From assembly GCA_013178015.1 (NCBI GenBank), contig JABLXR010000007.1, positions 37,682-101,681 of the forward strand: a stretch of 64,000 nt of DNA, written 5' to 3'. Of this stretch, positions 47,468 through 55,438 are shown one piece after another (within the stretch, counting starts at the first letter, position 1; every line of letters starts with the position of its first letter). Position numbers and translations under genes: made by a program. The DNA is from Anaerolineae bacterium (lineage in GTDB: Bacteria; Chloroflexota; Anaerolineae; DRVO01). The notes beneath the pieces were generated by a model, which was not told the DNA's origin, ran no database searches, and was given only the letters and a program-made list of their open reading frames with translations.

Positions 47468-48634
47468 ATGGGCAAGAAGGTCTACGATGATCGCGACATC
47501 GCTTACATCAAGCGCGTCCTCGACGAGCCGCAGGACATCACCGGCGCTAAGGTGGTGGCGGAGTTCGAGGAAAGATTCGCCGAGAAGGTCGGCTCTCGCT
47601 ACGCCGTGGCGGTGGCCAATGGCATGTGCGGCCTCCACACCCTGCTGGCGGCTGCCGGGGTGGGCCCGGCCGTCGAGGTCATCGTGGACCCCATCGTCCA
47701 GTTCGGCGCCCTCTCCGTGCTCTACAACAACGGCGTGCCCATTTTCGCCGACGTAGACCCCGCCACCCACAACATGGACCCCCGCTCCTTCGAGGAGCGC
47801 CTCACCCCCGACACCAAGGCGGCGGTGGTGACGCACCTGTGGGGGCTGCCGGCGGAGGTGGAGCAGATGCGGGCTGTCGCCGACAGGCAGGGGATAGTCC
47901 TGGTGGAGGACTGCGCCCACGCCCTGCTGGCCCAGCACAAAGGTCGGCGTGTGGGCACCTGGGGCCACGCAGCGATGTTCAGCTTCCAGGCCTCCAAGCA
48001 CCTTAGCACCGGGGACGGGGGGATGCTGACCACCAGCGACGAGGGCCTCCTCCAGGAGATCCGCTCCCTCATGAACTGGGGGGCGGCGCCGGACCGCATG
48101 GCCTACAATTTCCGCATGCCGGGGGTGGTGGCCGCCGTGGGGCTGGCCCAACTGGAGCGAGCGGACGACTACGTGCGGCAGGACATGCAAAGTGCCGAGC
48201 TGTACCATCAGGCCCTCGAGGGCTGTGAGTGGCTGGTGCCCCAGGTCGTTGCCCCCTACAACACCCACTCTCAGCACATCTTCGCCGTAGCCTTCCGGGG
48301 CGAGGAGCACGGCATTGACTACGAGGAGTTCAAGCGGGTGAGCCGGGAGGAGAAGGCCGGGCTAGGCTTCGGCTACACCCAGCGCACCTGGCGGGAAGCG
48401 CAGATCGTGGCCGCCTACCAGTTCCCCGTGTTCAAGGAGCCGGTGGCCTACGGCAAGGGCTGCCCCACCCACTGCCCTCACTACCGCAAGGACCTGCCCT
48501 ATCGTAACGGCTACTGCCCCAACGCCGAGGACCTGGTGCCGCGCCTGTGCCTCAGGGGCCTCAGCAGCGCTCTACCCGACGACATCGCCAGAGGGGCCGA
48601 GGGCCTGCGCCGGGCCATCGAGCGCGTGAGCTAG
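47468..48634 (+). CDS. DegT/DnrJ/EryC1/StrS-family PLP-dependent aminotransferase #4
   Basis: …AVANGMCGLH…, SFQASKHLSTGDGG with the PLP-lysine. Confidence 0.85.
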   Translation: MGKKVYDDRDIAYIKRVLDEPQDITGAKVVAEFEERFAEKVGSRYAVAVANGMCGLHTLLAAAGVGPAVEVIVDPIVQFGALSVLYNNGVPIFADVDPATHNMDPRSFEERLTPDTKAAVVTHLWGLPAEVEQMRAVADRQGIVLVEDCAHALLAQHKGRRVGTWGHAAMFSFQASKHLSTGDGGMLTTSDEGLLQEIRSLMNWGAAPDRMAYNFRMPGVVAAVGLAQLERADDYVRQDMQSAELYHQALEGCEWLVPQVVAPYNTHSQHIFAVAFRGEEHGIDYEEFKRVSREEKAGLGFGYTQRTWREAQIVAAYQFPVFKEPVAYGKGCPTHCPHYRKDLPYRNGYCPNAEDLVPRLCLRGLSSALPDDIARGAEGLRRAIERVS

Positions 48635-48779
48635 CAGACAAGGGAGGGAGCACCTTGAGGCTGGGAATGGCTGGCCTCGCCTCGGTATACTACTCCGCGG
48701 CCTTCGCCGGCGCCGCCAGACGCATCGAAGAGGTCAAGGGCCCTGACGGCCACCATGGGCCAGGGCGGGGAGACTGCCG

Positions 48780-49640
48780 GTGACTTTGGACAAAGCGTAC
48801 ATCCGCGACGGGCTACGGGCTGGGGGCCTCTCGCCGGGGGACAGCCTGATCATGCACTGCTCCTTGAGCAGCCTCGGCCACGTCGAGGGAGGCGCCGATA
48901 CCCTCATAGACGCTGTCCTGGAGGCGGTGTCGCCTGGTGGCACCGTCATGATGCCCGCCCTTCCCGACATCTACCGGCCCTTCGACGTGCGCACTTCCCC
49001 CTCCACCGCAGGCCTGGTAAGCGAAGTCTTCTGGCGCCGGCCCGATGCCTTCCGCAGCCGGCACCCCAGCCATTCGGTGGCCGCCATCGGGCCGCAGGCC
49101 CGCTGGCTCACCGAGGGGCACGAGCACACCGACCCCACCGGCATCGGCAGCCCCTACCACAAGCTGTACCAACAGGAAGGATCGTGGGTGCTCCTGATCG
49201 GGGTGGACCACGACCGCAATACCATGCTGCACCTGGCGGAGGCACTGGTACGGGTGCCCTACCTGCGCACAAGTCAGCTGAGGGTAGTCAACCCGGACGG
49301 TTCCGCAAGCCACTACCGGGCCCGAGAGATGGCATACGGTCACCGGGAGTTCATCCGCATAGACTGGCCCCTTCGTGAGGCCAACCTCCAACGGCAGGGT
49401 ATCATCGGCAACGCGATAGTGCGGCTTATCCGGGTGCGCGATCTGGTGGACTTCGCCGTCCGGCTGCTGCGGTCCGACCCTGCGGCGCTCCTCTGCGACA
49501 AGCCCAGGTGCATCTTCTGCCTGTGGGCCCGGGCGCAGATCCGCTCCGCTCAGACGGGACAGCCGGACGAGACTGACTGGCCGGACTTGACGCGCCGCTG
49601 GGGCTGCGGCGACCCGCATTGCGAGTGCTGCGTCGTCTAG
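48780..49640 (+). CDS. AAC(3)-family (Antibiotic_NAT, PF02522-like) aminoglycoside N3-acetyltransferase homolog with a cysteine-rich C-terminal extension
   Basis: GDSLIMHCSLSSLGHVEGGADTLIDAVLEAVSPGGTVMMP, RSRHPSHSVAAIGP and TMLHLAEALVRVPY align with AAC(3)-II/IV signature blocks. GTG start with a GGGGAG SD. The C-terminal roughly 40 aa carry 7 Cys (CDKPRCIFC…CGDPHCECC). Confidence 0.8.
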   Translation: MTLDKAYIRDGLRAGGLSPGDSLIMHCSLSSLGHVEGGADTLIDAVLEAVSPGGTVMMPALPDIYRPFDVRTSPSTAGLVSEVFWRRPDAFRSRHPSHSVAAIGPQARWLTEGHEHTDPTGIGSPYHKLYQQEGSWVLLIGVDHDRNTMLHLAEALVRVPYLRTSQLRVVNPDGSASHYRAREMAYGHREFIRIDWPLREANLQRQGIIGNAIVRLIRVRDLVDFAVRLLRSDPAALLCDKPRCIFCLWARAQIRSAQTGQPDETDWPDLTRRWGCGDPHCECCVV

Positions 49641-49646
49641 CAGTTA

Positions 49647-49761
49647 CCGCGGAGACACAGCAAGAAGAAGAGGGGGAGAGGGGGAGACTGTGTGACGCGG
49701 AGATGCTCAAGGGCTGCTTGTCTCCGCGTCCCCGCGTCTCCCCATCACCCCCTCTCCCCCC
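49647..49761. repeat. REP-like purine-rich imperfect palindrome
   Basis: ccgcggagacacagcaagaagaagagggggagagggggagactgtgtgacgcggagatgc … gcttgtctccgcgtccccgcgtctcccc. Confidence 0.5.
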
Positions 49762-49815
49762 AATCCGGAGGGTGAGGCGTTGGCTGAGTTGCTGATGCCG
49801 GTAGGTGAGGTCGCC

Positions 49816-50556
49816 ATGAGGCGGCTGTGTGCGCCCCTGCCCATGATGCGAGGCTGGCGCGCCGCTGTGAAGCGGATCGCGGCCCTGGGTATCGGCACGG
49901 TGGAGCTGGGGCCAGAGTGGCTTCTCGAATCCAACCAGATCAGGGCGGCGGATCTCTCGGACGCTCTGGAAGACGCCGGGATCGAGGCGCGCATCGCCCG
50001 GCTGCCGGCGCCCCCGCTCCATCCCGGTGATCCAGGGCGTCTGCCCCTCTGGGATCTGGTCAGCCGTGCCGATCACTTCTTGCTGCCGAGCGGACAGCTC
50101 GGCCAGATGGCGCCCTCGATAAGCCTGATGGCGGAGATGGCGGAGGTATATCACACCGCCGGGGCGACGCTGCTGTTGGAGAACGACCCGGAAGCCTGGC
50201 CGCCCGATGGCCAGACTCTGGGCCGCTTCGTGGCCGAGGTCGGTCATCCGGGCCTGCTCTCCTGCTATGATCCTGCTCGTTCGGCGGCTCTCAAGAGGCA
50301 CCCCTTCCTGACCGACTTCCTGTCCGGCCCCCTCAAGCAGGGGATGCGCTGTCTGCGGCTGCGGGACGCCCTGTTCGAAAACGGCCGAGAGGTACGGCCG
50401 GGCGAGGGCAACGCCGAGCTGAAGGAACTGGTGTCGGCGCTGGAGTCTCGTCGCTACCAGGGGTGGTACATCCTCTCACCCTTCGGGCGAGGGCCTTATC
50501 CGGACCGGTTGCAGGCGGCCTACGACGCCGTGCGCGGGATCCTAGCCTCGCTGTGA
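49816..50556 (+). CDS. Xylose-isomerase-like TIM-barrel protein (sugar phosphate isomerase/epimerase family; IolE/IolI/MocC-like candidate)
   Basis: …AALGIGTVELG…LLLENDPE… The track starts at the TTG 49780; the ATG at 49816 with an AGGTGAGG SD (5-nt spacing) is preferred. Confidence 0.55.
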   Translation: MRRLCAPLPMMRGWRAAVKRIAALGIGTVELGPEWLLESNQIRAADLSDALEDAGIEARIARLPAPPLHPGDPGRLPLWDLVSRADHFLLPSGQLGQMAPSISLMAEMAEVYHTAGATLLLENDPEAWPPDGQTLGRFVAEVGHPGLLSCYDPARSAALKRHPFLTDFLSGPLKQGMRCLRLRDALFENGREVRPGEGNAELKELVSALESRRYQGWYILSPFGRGPYPDRLQAAYDAVRGILASL

Positions 50557-50689
50557 TGGGGAGGGTGTGCAGGTCTAGGGGCAGGACCCGTGCCTCCCCC
50601 ACAACCACAGTAGGACGGTGACAGTCTGGTCCAGGGCCCGCGCCCCCGCGTCGGCCCCCGACACCAGCGATGTCGTGGAGGTAGAACCG

Positions 50690-52411
50690 ATGGAGATTGT
50701 GGTCCTCACTCGTGCCCAGCAGCGCGTCAATACCTACGGGCGCTTCACCGCCGAAATACTTAAGACCGAGGGCCTTCACGGCTTTCGCCTCCAGCAATGG
50801 GAGGTGGGCTCGGATCCGCAGATCGGCGATGCCTCAGCGGTCATCCTCACTCCCGTCATCCTGCAGTATCCTGAGATAGACTGGCTGCGCGCCTACGTGG
50901 AAAGCGGCGGCAGGCTCATCGCCTTTCAGCCGATGGCTCACCTACTCGCCGCCTTCGGTGCCAAGTCCGAGAACAAGGCTCTGGTGGACGCCTACGTCAA
51001 GCCGGTGGGCATGTACCGCATCGGGCGCGCCATCGGCGGGGAGAGCGTGCAGTTCCACGGCTCCGCCACCAAGGTGTCCTTGCCGGAGGGCTGGGAAGTA
51101 CAAGCCTGGCTCTACTCCTCCCCGGAGGAGCGCACCCCCTACCCTGCAGTGGCCACCGGGAACGTAGGCCAGGGGACCTTCACCTTCTTCGCCTACGACC
51201 TCCCCGCTGTGGTGGCGGCCATCCGCCAGGGCGACCCCCGACTGGCCTATCAGTCTACCGCCGGCTTCGCCTCCGACCACCTGCAGCGCCCCAACGATCT
51301 CTTCACCGGGCACCTGGACCTCAGCCGGGGCCACATCCCCCAGGCCGACGTGCACTGCAACCTCCTCACCCACGTGCTCAACAGCGTGACCCGGGAGCCG
51401 CTGCCGCGCCTCTGGTACTTCCAGCGTCCCGAGCTGAGAAGCGTCGTGGTGATGACCAGCGACGACGACTGGTCCACCCTGGAGCAGTTCAGCGCCCTCA
51501 TCGAGGCGGTGGAGGAGGTGGGAGGACACATCCACGTCTTCATGGTGGAAGGGTCGCGCCAGTCCCCCGAGCAGGTACGGGAGTGGATCCGCCGCGGGCA
51601 TTCCTTCTCCGTGCACACCAATCCCCGCATCCGGGAGATAGACCCGTACTGGCACATGACTGAGTCAGTGCGACGGCACAAGGCCCAGGTCGAGGCCGAG
51701 TACGGTATGCCCTCGCGCATCTATCGCTCGCACTGCGTGCACTGGCAGGGCTACGTGGAGTCGGCCCGCATACTAGCCGACCTGGGGTTCCAGATGGACA
51801 GCAGCGTCATCAGCCTGCTGGACAACTGGGGCCTGTACGTCAACGGCTCGGGTAGGCCCATGCGCTTCGTGGACGAGCAGGGCGATATCATTGACCTGTT
51901 CGAGCAATCGGTCAACTTCTACGACGACGCTTCGGTGCAGAAGGTGCTGACGGGCGAGCCCGATACCGAGATCGCCCGGGCCACGCTGGCCCTGCGTGAG
52001 GCCGCCGATCGGTACCACACGCCCTTCGGCTTCCTTTCCCATCCAGTGAGCTTCTTCACCTACAGCAGCCCCTTCGTCAAGGGCGTGCTCCGGGCGGCCC
52101 ACGACATGGGCCTGCCCGTGCTCAGCGCCGACGAGTGGCTGGAGTTCACCCTGGCCCGTGACGCCGCCGGCATCCGCGATACCGCCTGGGACGGCCAGAC
52201 CCTCTCCTTCAGTGTCACCCGCGGGCGCGACGGCAGCGGGCTGACAGCCATGGCGCCGGTGCCCGAAGGCAGGAGCGCGGCGGAAGCCAGCCTGAACGGC
52301 CAGGAGGTCGAGCCCACCGTGCGCTCCGTGCACGGGCACGACTACGCCTTCGTACCGCTGCCAGCCGGCAGCACTGGCACCCAGAGCCAGGTGCGGGTAG
52401 TGTTCAGGTAG
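50690..52411 (+). CDS. Hypothetical two-domain protein (N-terminal ThuA/GATase1-like fold candidate; C-terminal carbohydrate-deacetylase/hydrolase-like)
   Basis: 574-aa ORF. ATG at 50690 with a GGAGG SD. No confident family assignment from sequence alone. Confidence 0.55.
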   Translation: MEIVVLTRAQQRVNTYGRFTAEILKTEGLHGFRLQQWEVGSDPQIGDASAVILTPVILQYPEIDWLRAYVESGGRLIAFQPMAHLLAAFGAKSENKALVDAYVKPVGMYRIGRAIGGESVQFHGSATKVSLPEGWEVQAWLYSSPEERTPYPAVATGNVGQGTFTFFAYDLPAVVAAIRQGDPRLAYQSTAGFASDHLQRPNDLFTGHLDLSRGHIPQADVHCNLLTHVLNSVTREPLPRLWYFQRPELRSVVVMTSDDDWSTLEQFSALIEAVEEVGGHIHVFMVEGSRQSPEQVREWIRRGHSFSVHTNPRIREIDPYWHMTESVRRHKAQVEAEYGMPSRIYRSHCVHWQGYVESARILADLGFQMDSSVISLLDNWGLYVNGSGRPMRFVDEQGDIIDLFEQSVNFYDDASVQKVLTGEPDTEIARATLALREAADRYHTPFGFLSHPVSFFTYSSPFVKGVLRAAHDMGLPVLSADEWLEFTLARDAAGIRDTAWDGQTLSFSVTRGRDGSGLTAMAPVPEGRSAAEASLNGQEVEPTVRSVHGHDYAFVPLPAGSTGTQSQVRVVFR

Positions 52412-52519
52412 CGCGGGGAGTGACGAGTGAACAGCCACGCTGGAACCGGAGAGGACATCGTCATAGGCGACGTGATCTACTGGGCCCTGGCGCTCGATCC
52501 ACGACGTGGAGGAGCACCT

Positions 52520-53101
52520 ATGGAGGCACCTGGGATGCAGGCCGCGGTGGTGCGGCTGTTCGCGCTGCTGGAGGAAAGGCAGATTCCCTACCTGCTGGTG
52601 GGAGGAATAGCCATGCTCCAGTACGTAGAGGGTCGGAACACCCAGGACATAGACCTGATCCTCGCTCTCGCTTCAACGCGCGAACTGCCCGAACTCCAGA
52701 TCGCCAATGAGGAGCTGTACTTTGCCACGGGCAGCTTTGGCGGCCTACCGGTGCACATACTGCTCACCCGCAACCCGCTGTTCGCTAAGGTCCAGCGTGA
52801 CTACGCCACTGAGAAGCGATTCGCTGGACAGCGCATCCGTTGCGTCACCGTGGAAGGCCTGATCCTGCTGAAGTTGTACGCGCTGCCGTCTCTCTACCGC
52901 CAGGGCGACTTCGTCCGCGTCGGCCTGTACGAGAACGACATTGCCTCCCTGATCGAGGAATACGACCCGCCCCTTGACCCGCTGCTAGAGGAACTACGTC
53001 CGTATCTGAGCGAGACCGACCTGAGCGCAGTGGAAGAGGTGCTAGAGGATATCCAGGGACGGGTGGACAGGTTCCGCCGGGGAATCGGGCCCGGGCAATG
53101 A
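52520..53101 (+). CDS. Nucleotidyltransferase-fold protein (MNT/AbiEii-like)
   Basis: LLVGGIAMLQYVEGRNTQDIDLIL matches the GG-x(n)-D-x-D nucleotidyltransferase signature. Two candidate ATGs (52520, 52535), both with GGAGG SDs. Confidence 0.5.
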   Translation: MEAPGMQAAVVRLFALLEERQIPYLLVGGIAMLQYVEGRNTQDIDLILALASTRELPELQIANEELYFATGSFGGLPVHILLTRNPLFAKVQRDYATEKRFAGQRIRCVTVEGLILLKLYALPSLYRQGDFVRVGLYENDIASLIEEYDPPLDPLLEELRPYLSETDLSAVEEVLEDIQGRVDRFRRGIGPGQ

Positions 53102-53111
53102 AGGAGGTCCT

Positions 53112-53912
53112 ATGGACACACCAAACCAAGGTTACATCATGGAGTTCATGACCGTGCGGGAGATGCGGGAGGCGCTGAGCAAGACGCGCACTGTCATCCT
53201 GCCCATGGGCGTGATCGAGCAGCATGGCTATCACCTGCCTCTCAACACCGACGTCTACAACTGCTACGAGATCGCCAAGCGGGTGGCGCCGGTGGCTGGC
53301 TGCGTGGTAGCCCCGCCCATCATGTACAGCTTCTCCGGCGGCGAGCTGCCGGGCACCACTGACATCAGCCCTCAGACCCTCTCTCTCCTCACCATGGACA
53401 TCATCAAGTCCCTGGCGAATCAGGGCTTCCGCAACATCATCATCCTGCTGGGTCACGGGGGAAGCGAGAACCAGCAGGCAGCCCTCGATGCCGCCGACAT
53501 GTTCTATCGCCGCAACGTCCGCTATCGCGACGTCCGCCTGGCCACCGTCACCTTCACCGACTTGACCCCCTCGGTGAAGGAGTGCTTCGCCGCCAAGGAC
53601 TTCCATGCCGGCTACCTGGAGACCTCTCTCATGCTCTACTGGCACCCGGAGCTGGTTCGCCCCAAGGAGCTGTGGGTGACGGACACGCCCGAGCTGATGG
53701 ACCTCTTCCGCCGCGACCAGGACGCGTATCAGACCAGGACGAAGCTGGTGAACCACCCGCTGGTAGTGCCGATAGTGACCCAGAACCCCGACACGAAGGT
53801 CGGCGTCATGGGCGACCCCAGCAACGCCAACGCCGAGTTCGGCCGCAAGGTCTGCCAGGAGGCGGTAGCCGGCCTGGTGGAGCTGATCCGCACTATGGAA
53901 GGCGCAGATTGA
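53112..53912 (+). CDS. Creatininase-family amidohydrolase
   Basis: …TVILPMGVIEQHGYHLPLNTD…LLGHGG… are typical creatininase motifs. AAGGAGG SD. Confidence 0.8.
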   Translation: MDTPNQGYIMEFMTVREMREALSKTRTVILPMGVIEQHGYHLPLNTDVYNCYEIAKRVAPVAGCVVAPPIMYSFSGGELPGTTDISPQTLSLLTMDIIKSLANQGFRNIIILLGHGGSENQQAALDAADMFYRRNVRYRDVRLATVTFTDLTPSVKECFAAKDFHAGYLETSLMLYWHPELVRPKELWVTDTPELMDLFRRDQDAYQTRTKLVNHPLVVPIVTQNPDTKVGVMGDPSNANAEFGRKVCQEAVAGLVELIRTMEGAD

Positions 53913-54007
53913 CGCGGGCATCCCCGGGACCCCGGTCACGGACGGCGAGCGCCGTTTCCCCGGGCCGCGGACCACTCGGGCCAGGGTTCGATGCCGTCGC
54001 CCTGGCG

Positions 54008-54646
54008 GTGGGAAGAGCGCTTCTGGCTCTTCTGGGCCTGGCACTGCTCTGGAGCATAGGGGCTCGGGTGGCCCGGCGCTTTCTGCGCTTCCCCACGCCC
54101 GCCTTTGTGGGCGCCCTGCTGGACAGCCCCTTTCGCCGGGCTCTGCAGCCGCCCGAAGAGGTGCTGGCGCCCCTCGGCATAGCCCCCGGCATGACGGTGC
54201 TGGAGCTCGGACCCGGCCCCGGGACCTATACCATCGAGGCAGCTCGCCAGGCCTCGCCTGGCGGTCGCGTCATCGCTGCCGATGCCCAGGCGGGCATGCT
54301 CGCCCGGCTGAGCCACAAGGTCCGAAGGCTGGGGATCACGAACGTGGAGCTTCGTCTGGCCGACGCCTACCACCTTCCGCTGCCGGACCAGAGCGTGGAC
54401 GTGGCCTTCATGGTGACAGTGCTGGCCGAGGTGCCCGACCGGGAGCGAGCCCTGGCAGAGGTCCGCCGGGTACTGCGCCCGGGCGGGCTCCTGGGAGTCA
54501 GCGAGTTCCTGCCCGATCCGGACTACCCGCGGCGGGCCACCGTGCGCCGCTGGGCCACGGCTGTAGGCTTCCAGCCCGAACGAGAGGCCGGAGGCTGTCT
54601 GTGGTACGTGCTCACCTTCCGTAAGCCCGGCCCCGAGGGCGAGTGA
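54008..54646 (+). CDS. Class I SAM-dependent methyltransferase with an N-terminal membrane anchor
   Basis: Motif I VLELGPGPGTY and a post-I acidic residue. Start uncertain (GTG at 54008). The longer track ORF overlaps the creatininase gene and is rejected. Confidence 0.55.
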   Translation: MGRALLALLGLALLWSIGARVARRFLRFPTPAFVGALLDSPFRRALQPPEEVLAPLGIAPGMTVLELGPGPGTYTIEAARQASPGGRVIAADAQAGMLARLSHKVRRLGITNVELRLADAYHLPLPDQSVDVAFMVTVLAEVPDRERALAEVRRVLRPGGLLGVSEFLPDPDYPRRATVRRWATAVGFQPEREAGGCLWYVLTFRKPGPEGE

Positions 54647-54666
54647 GAGGTAGGTAGGGAGGAGAC

Positions 54667-55374
54667 ATGCACGACCGATGGGCAAAGATTGGCGACACCT
54701 GGCACGTGGGCCGGGTGATTGACCTGACGGGGGACGTCTACAACGGCATGTGGCGCCTGCCCCCGCCCTACCCAGCGGTGGAGGTCAAGGAAATCCCCCT
54801 GGCCGGCAACTTCAACATCGTGGACTACGACATCTACGCCCAGGAAGTCCGCCTGCCGGTGCAGGCATCCACCTACCTGGAGACTGCCGCCCACATGTAC
54901 CCCGGCCGAGAGACGATAGACCAGCTGCCGCTCGAGCGGCTGCTGCCTTCCGCCGTGGTGCTGCGGATCCCGCGCGACCCCGAGGAGGTGATCACCGCCG
55001 AGGACATCGAGGAGGCCCTGGCCGCCACCGGAGAGACGGTCCGCCCAGGCGACGCCCTACTGCTCGCCACCGGCTGGGACAGTCACTGGGACGAGCCCGA
55101 CTTCATGAGCCGGTCGCCCCACTTCCGCTACTCCGCCGTGGACTGGGTGGTCCGGCACCGCTGCGGCATCCTCGGCTCCGACGCCGCCAACTGGAGCGAC
55201 CTCAGCGAGAAGCCCTCGTTCTTCCCCATGTTCTTCCGCTCGCCGACTCTGCTTCTGGCGCCTTTGGTCAACCTCGCCCAGGTGCCCGTGACCCGGGTGC
55301 AGTTGGTGGTCACCCCCCTGCGCATCCGAGGGGCCTGCGCCTCGCCCTGCCGCGTCCTGGCTCTGGTGCCATGA
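54667..55374 (+). CDS. Cyclase-family protein (kynurenine-formamidase-like fold) with a degenerate His motif
   Basis: AVVLRIP…GDALLLATGWDSHW and ILGSDAANWSD match the cyclase family. The HxGTHxDxPxH metal motif is not intact. Confidence 0.65.
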   Translation: MHDRWAKIGDTWHVGRVIDLTGDVYNGMWRLPPPYPAVEVKEIPLAGNFNIVDYDIYAQEVRLPVQASTYLETAAHMYPGRETIDQLPLERLLPSAVVLRIPRDPEEVITAEDIEEALAATGETVRPGDALLLATGWDSHWDEPDFMSRSPHFRYSAVDWVVRHRCGILGSDAANWSDLSEKPSFFPMFFRSPTLLLAPLVNLAQVPVTRVQLVVTPLRIRGACASPCRVLALVP

Positions 55375-55438
55375 CCACTCACGGCAGCGACCTGGCGGCG
55401 AGCGCCGCCGCCACGGCTGTACTACCAACGGCCCAGCC

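Noticed and set aside
53582-54007. Upstream part of the 354-aa methyltransferase track ORF
   Set aside because: It overlaps the creatininase gene in another frame and is Arg/Pro-rich. The methyltransferase fold (motif I at about 54200) needs only the portion from about 54008.
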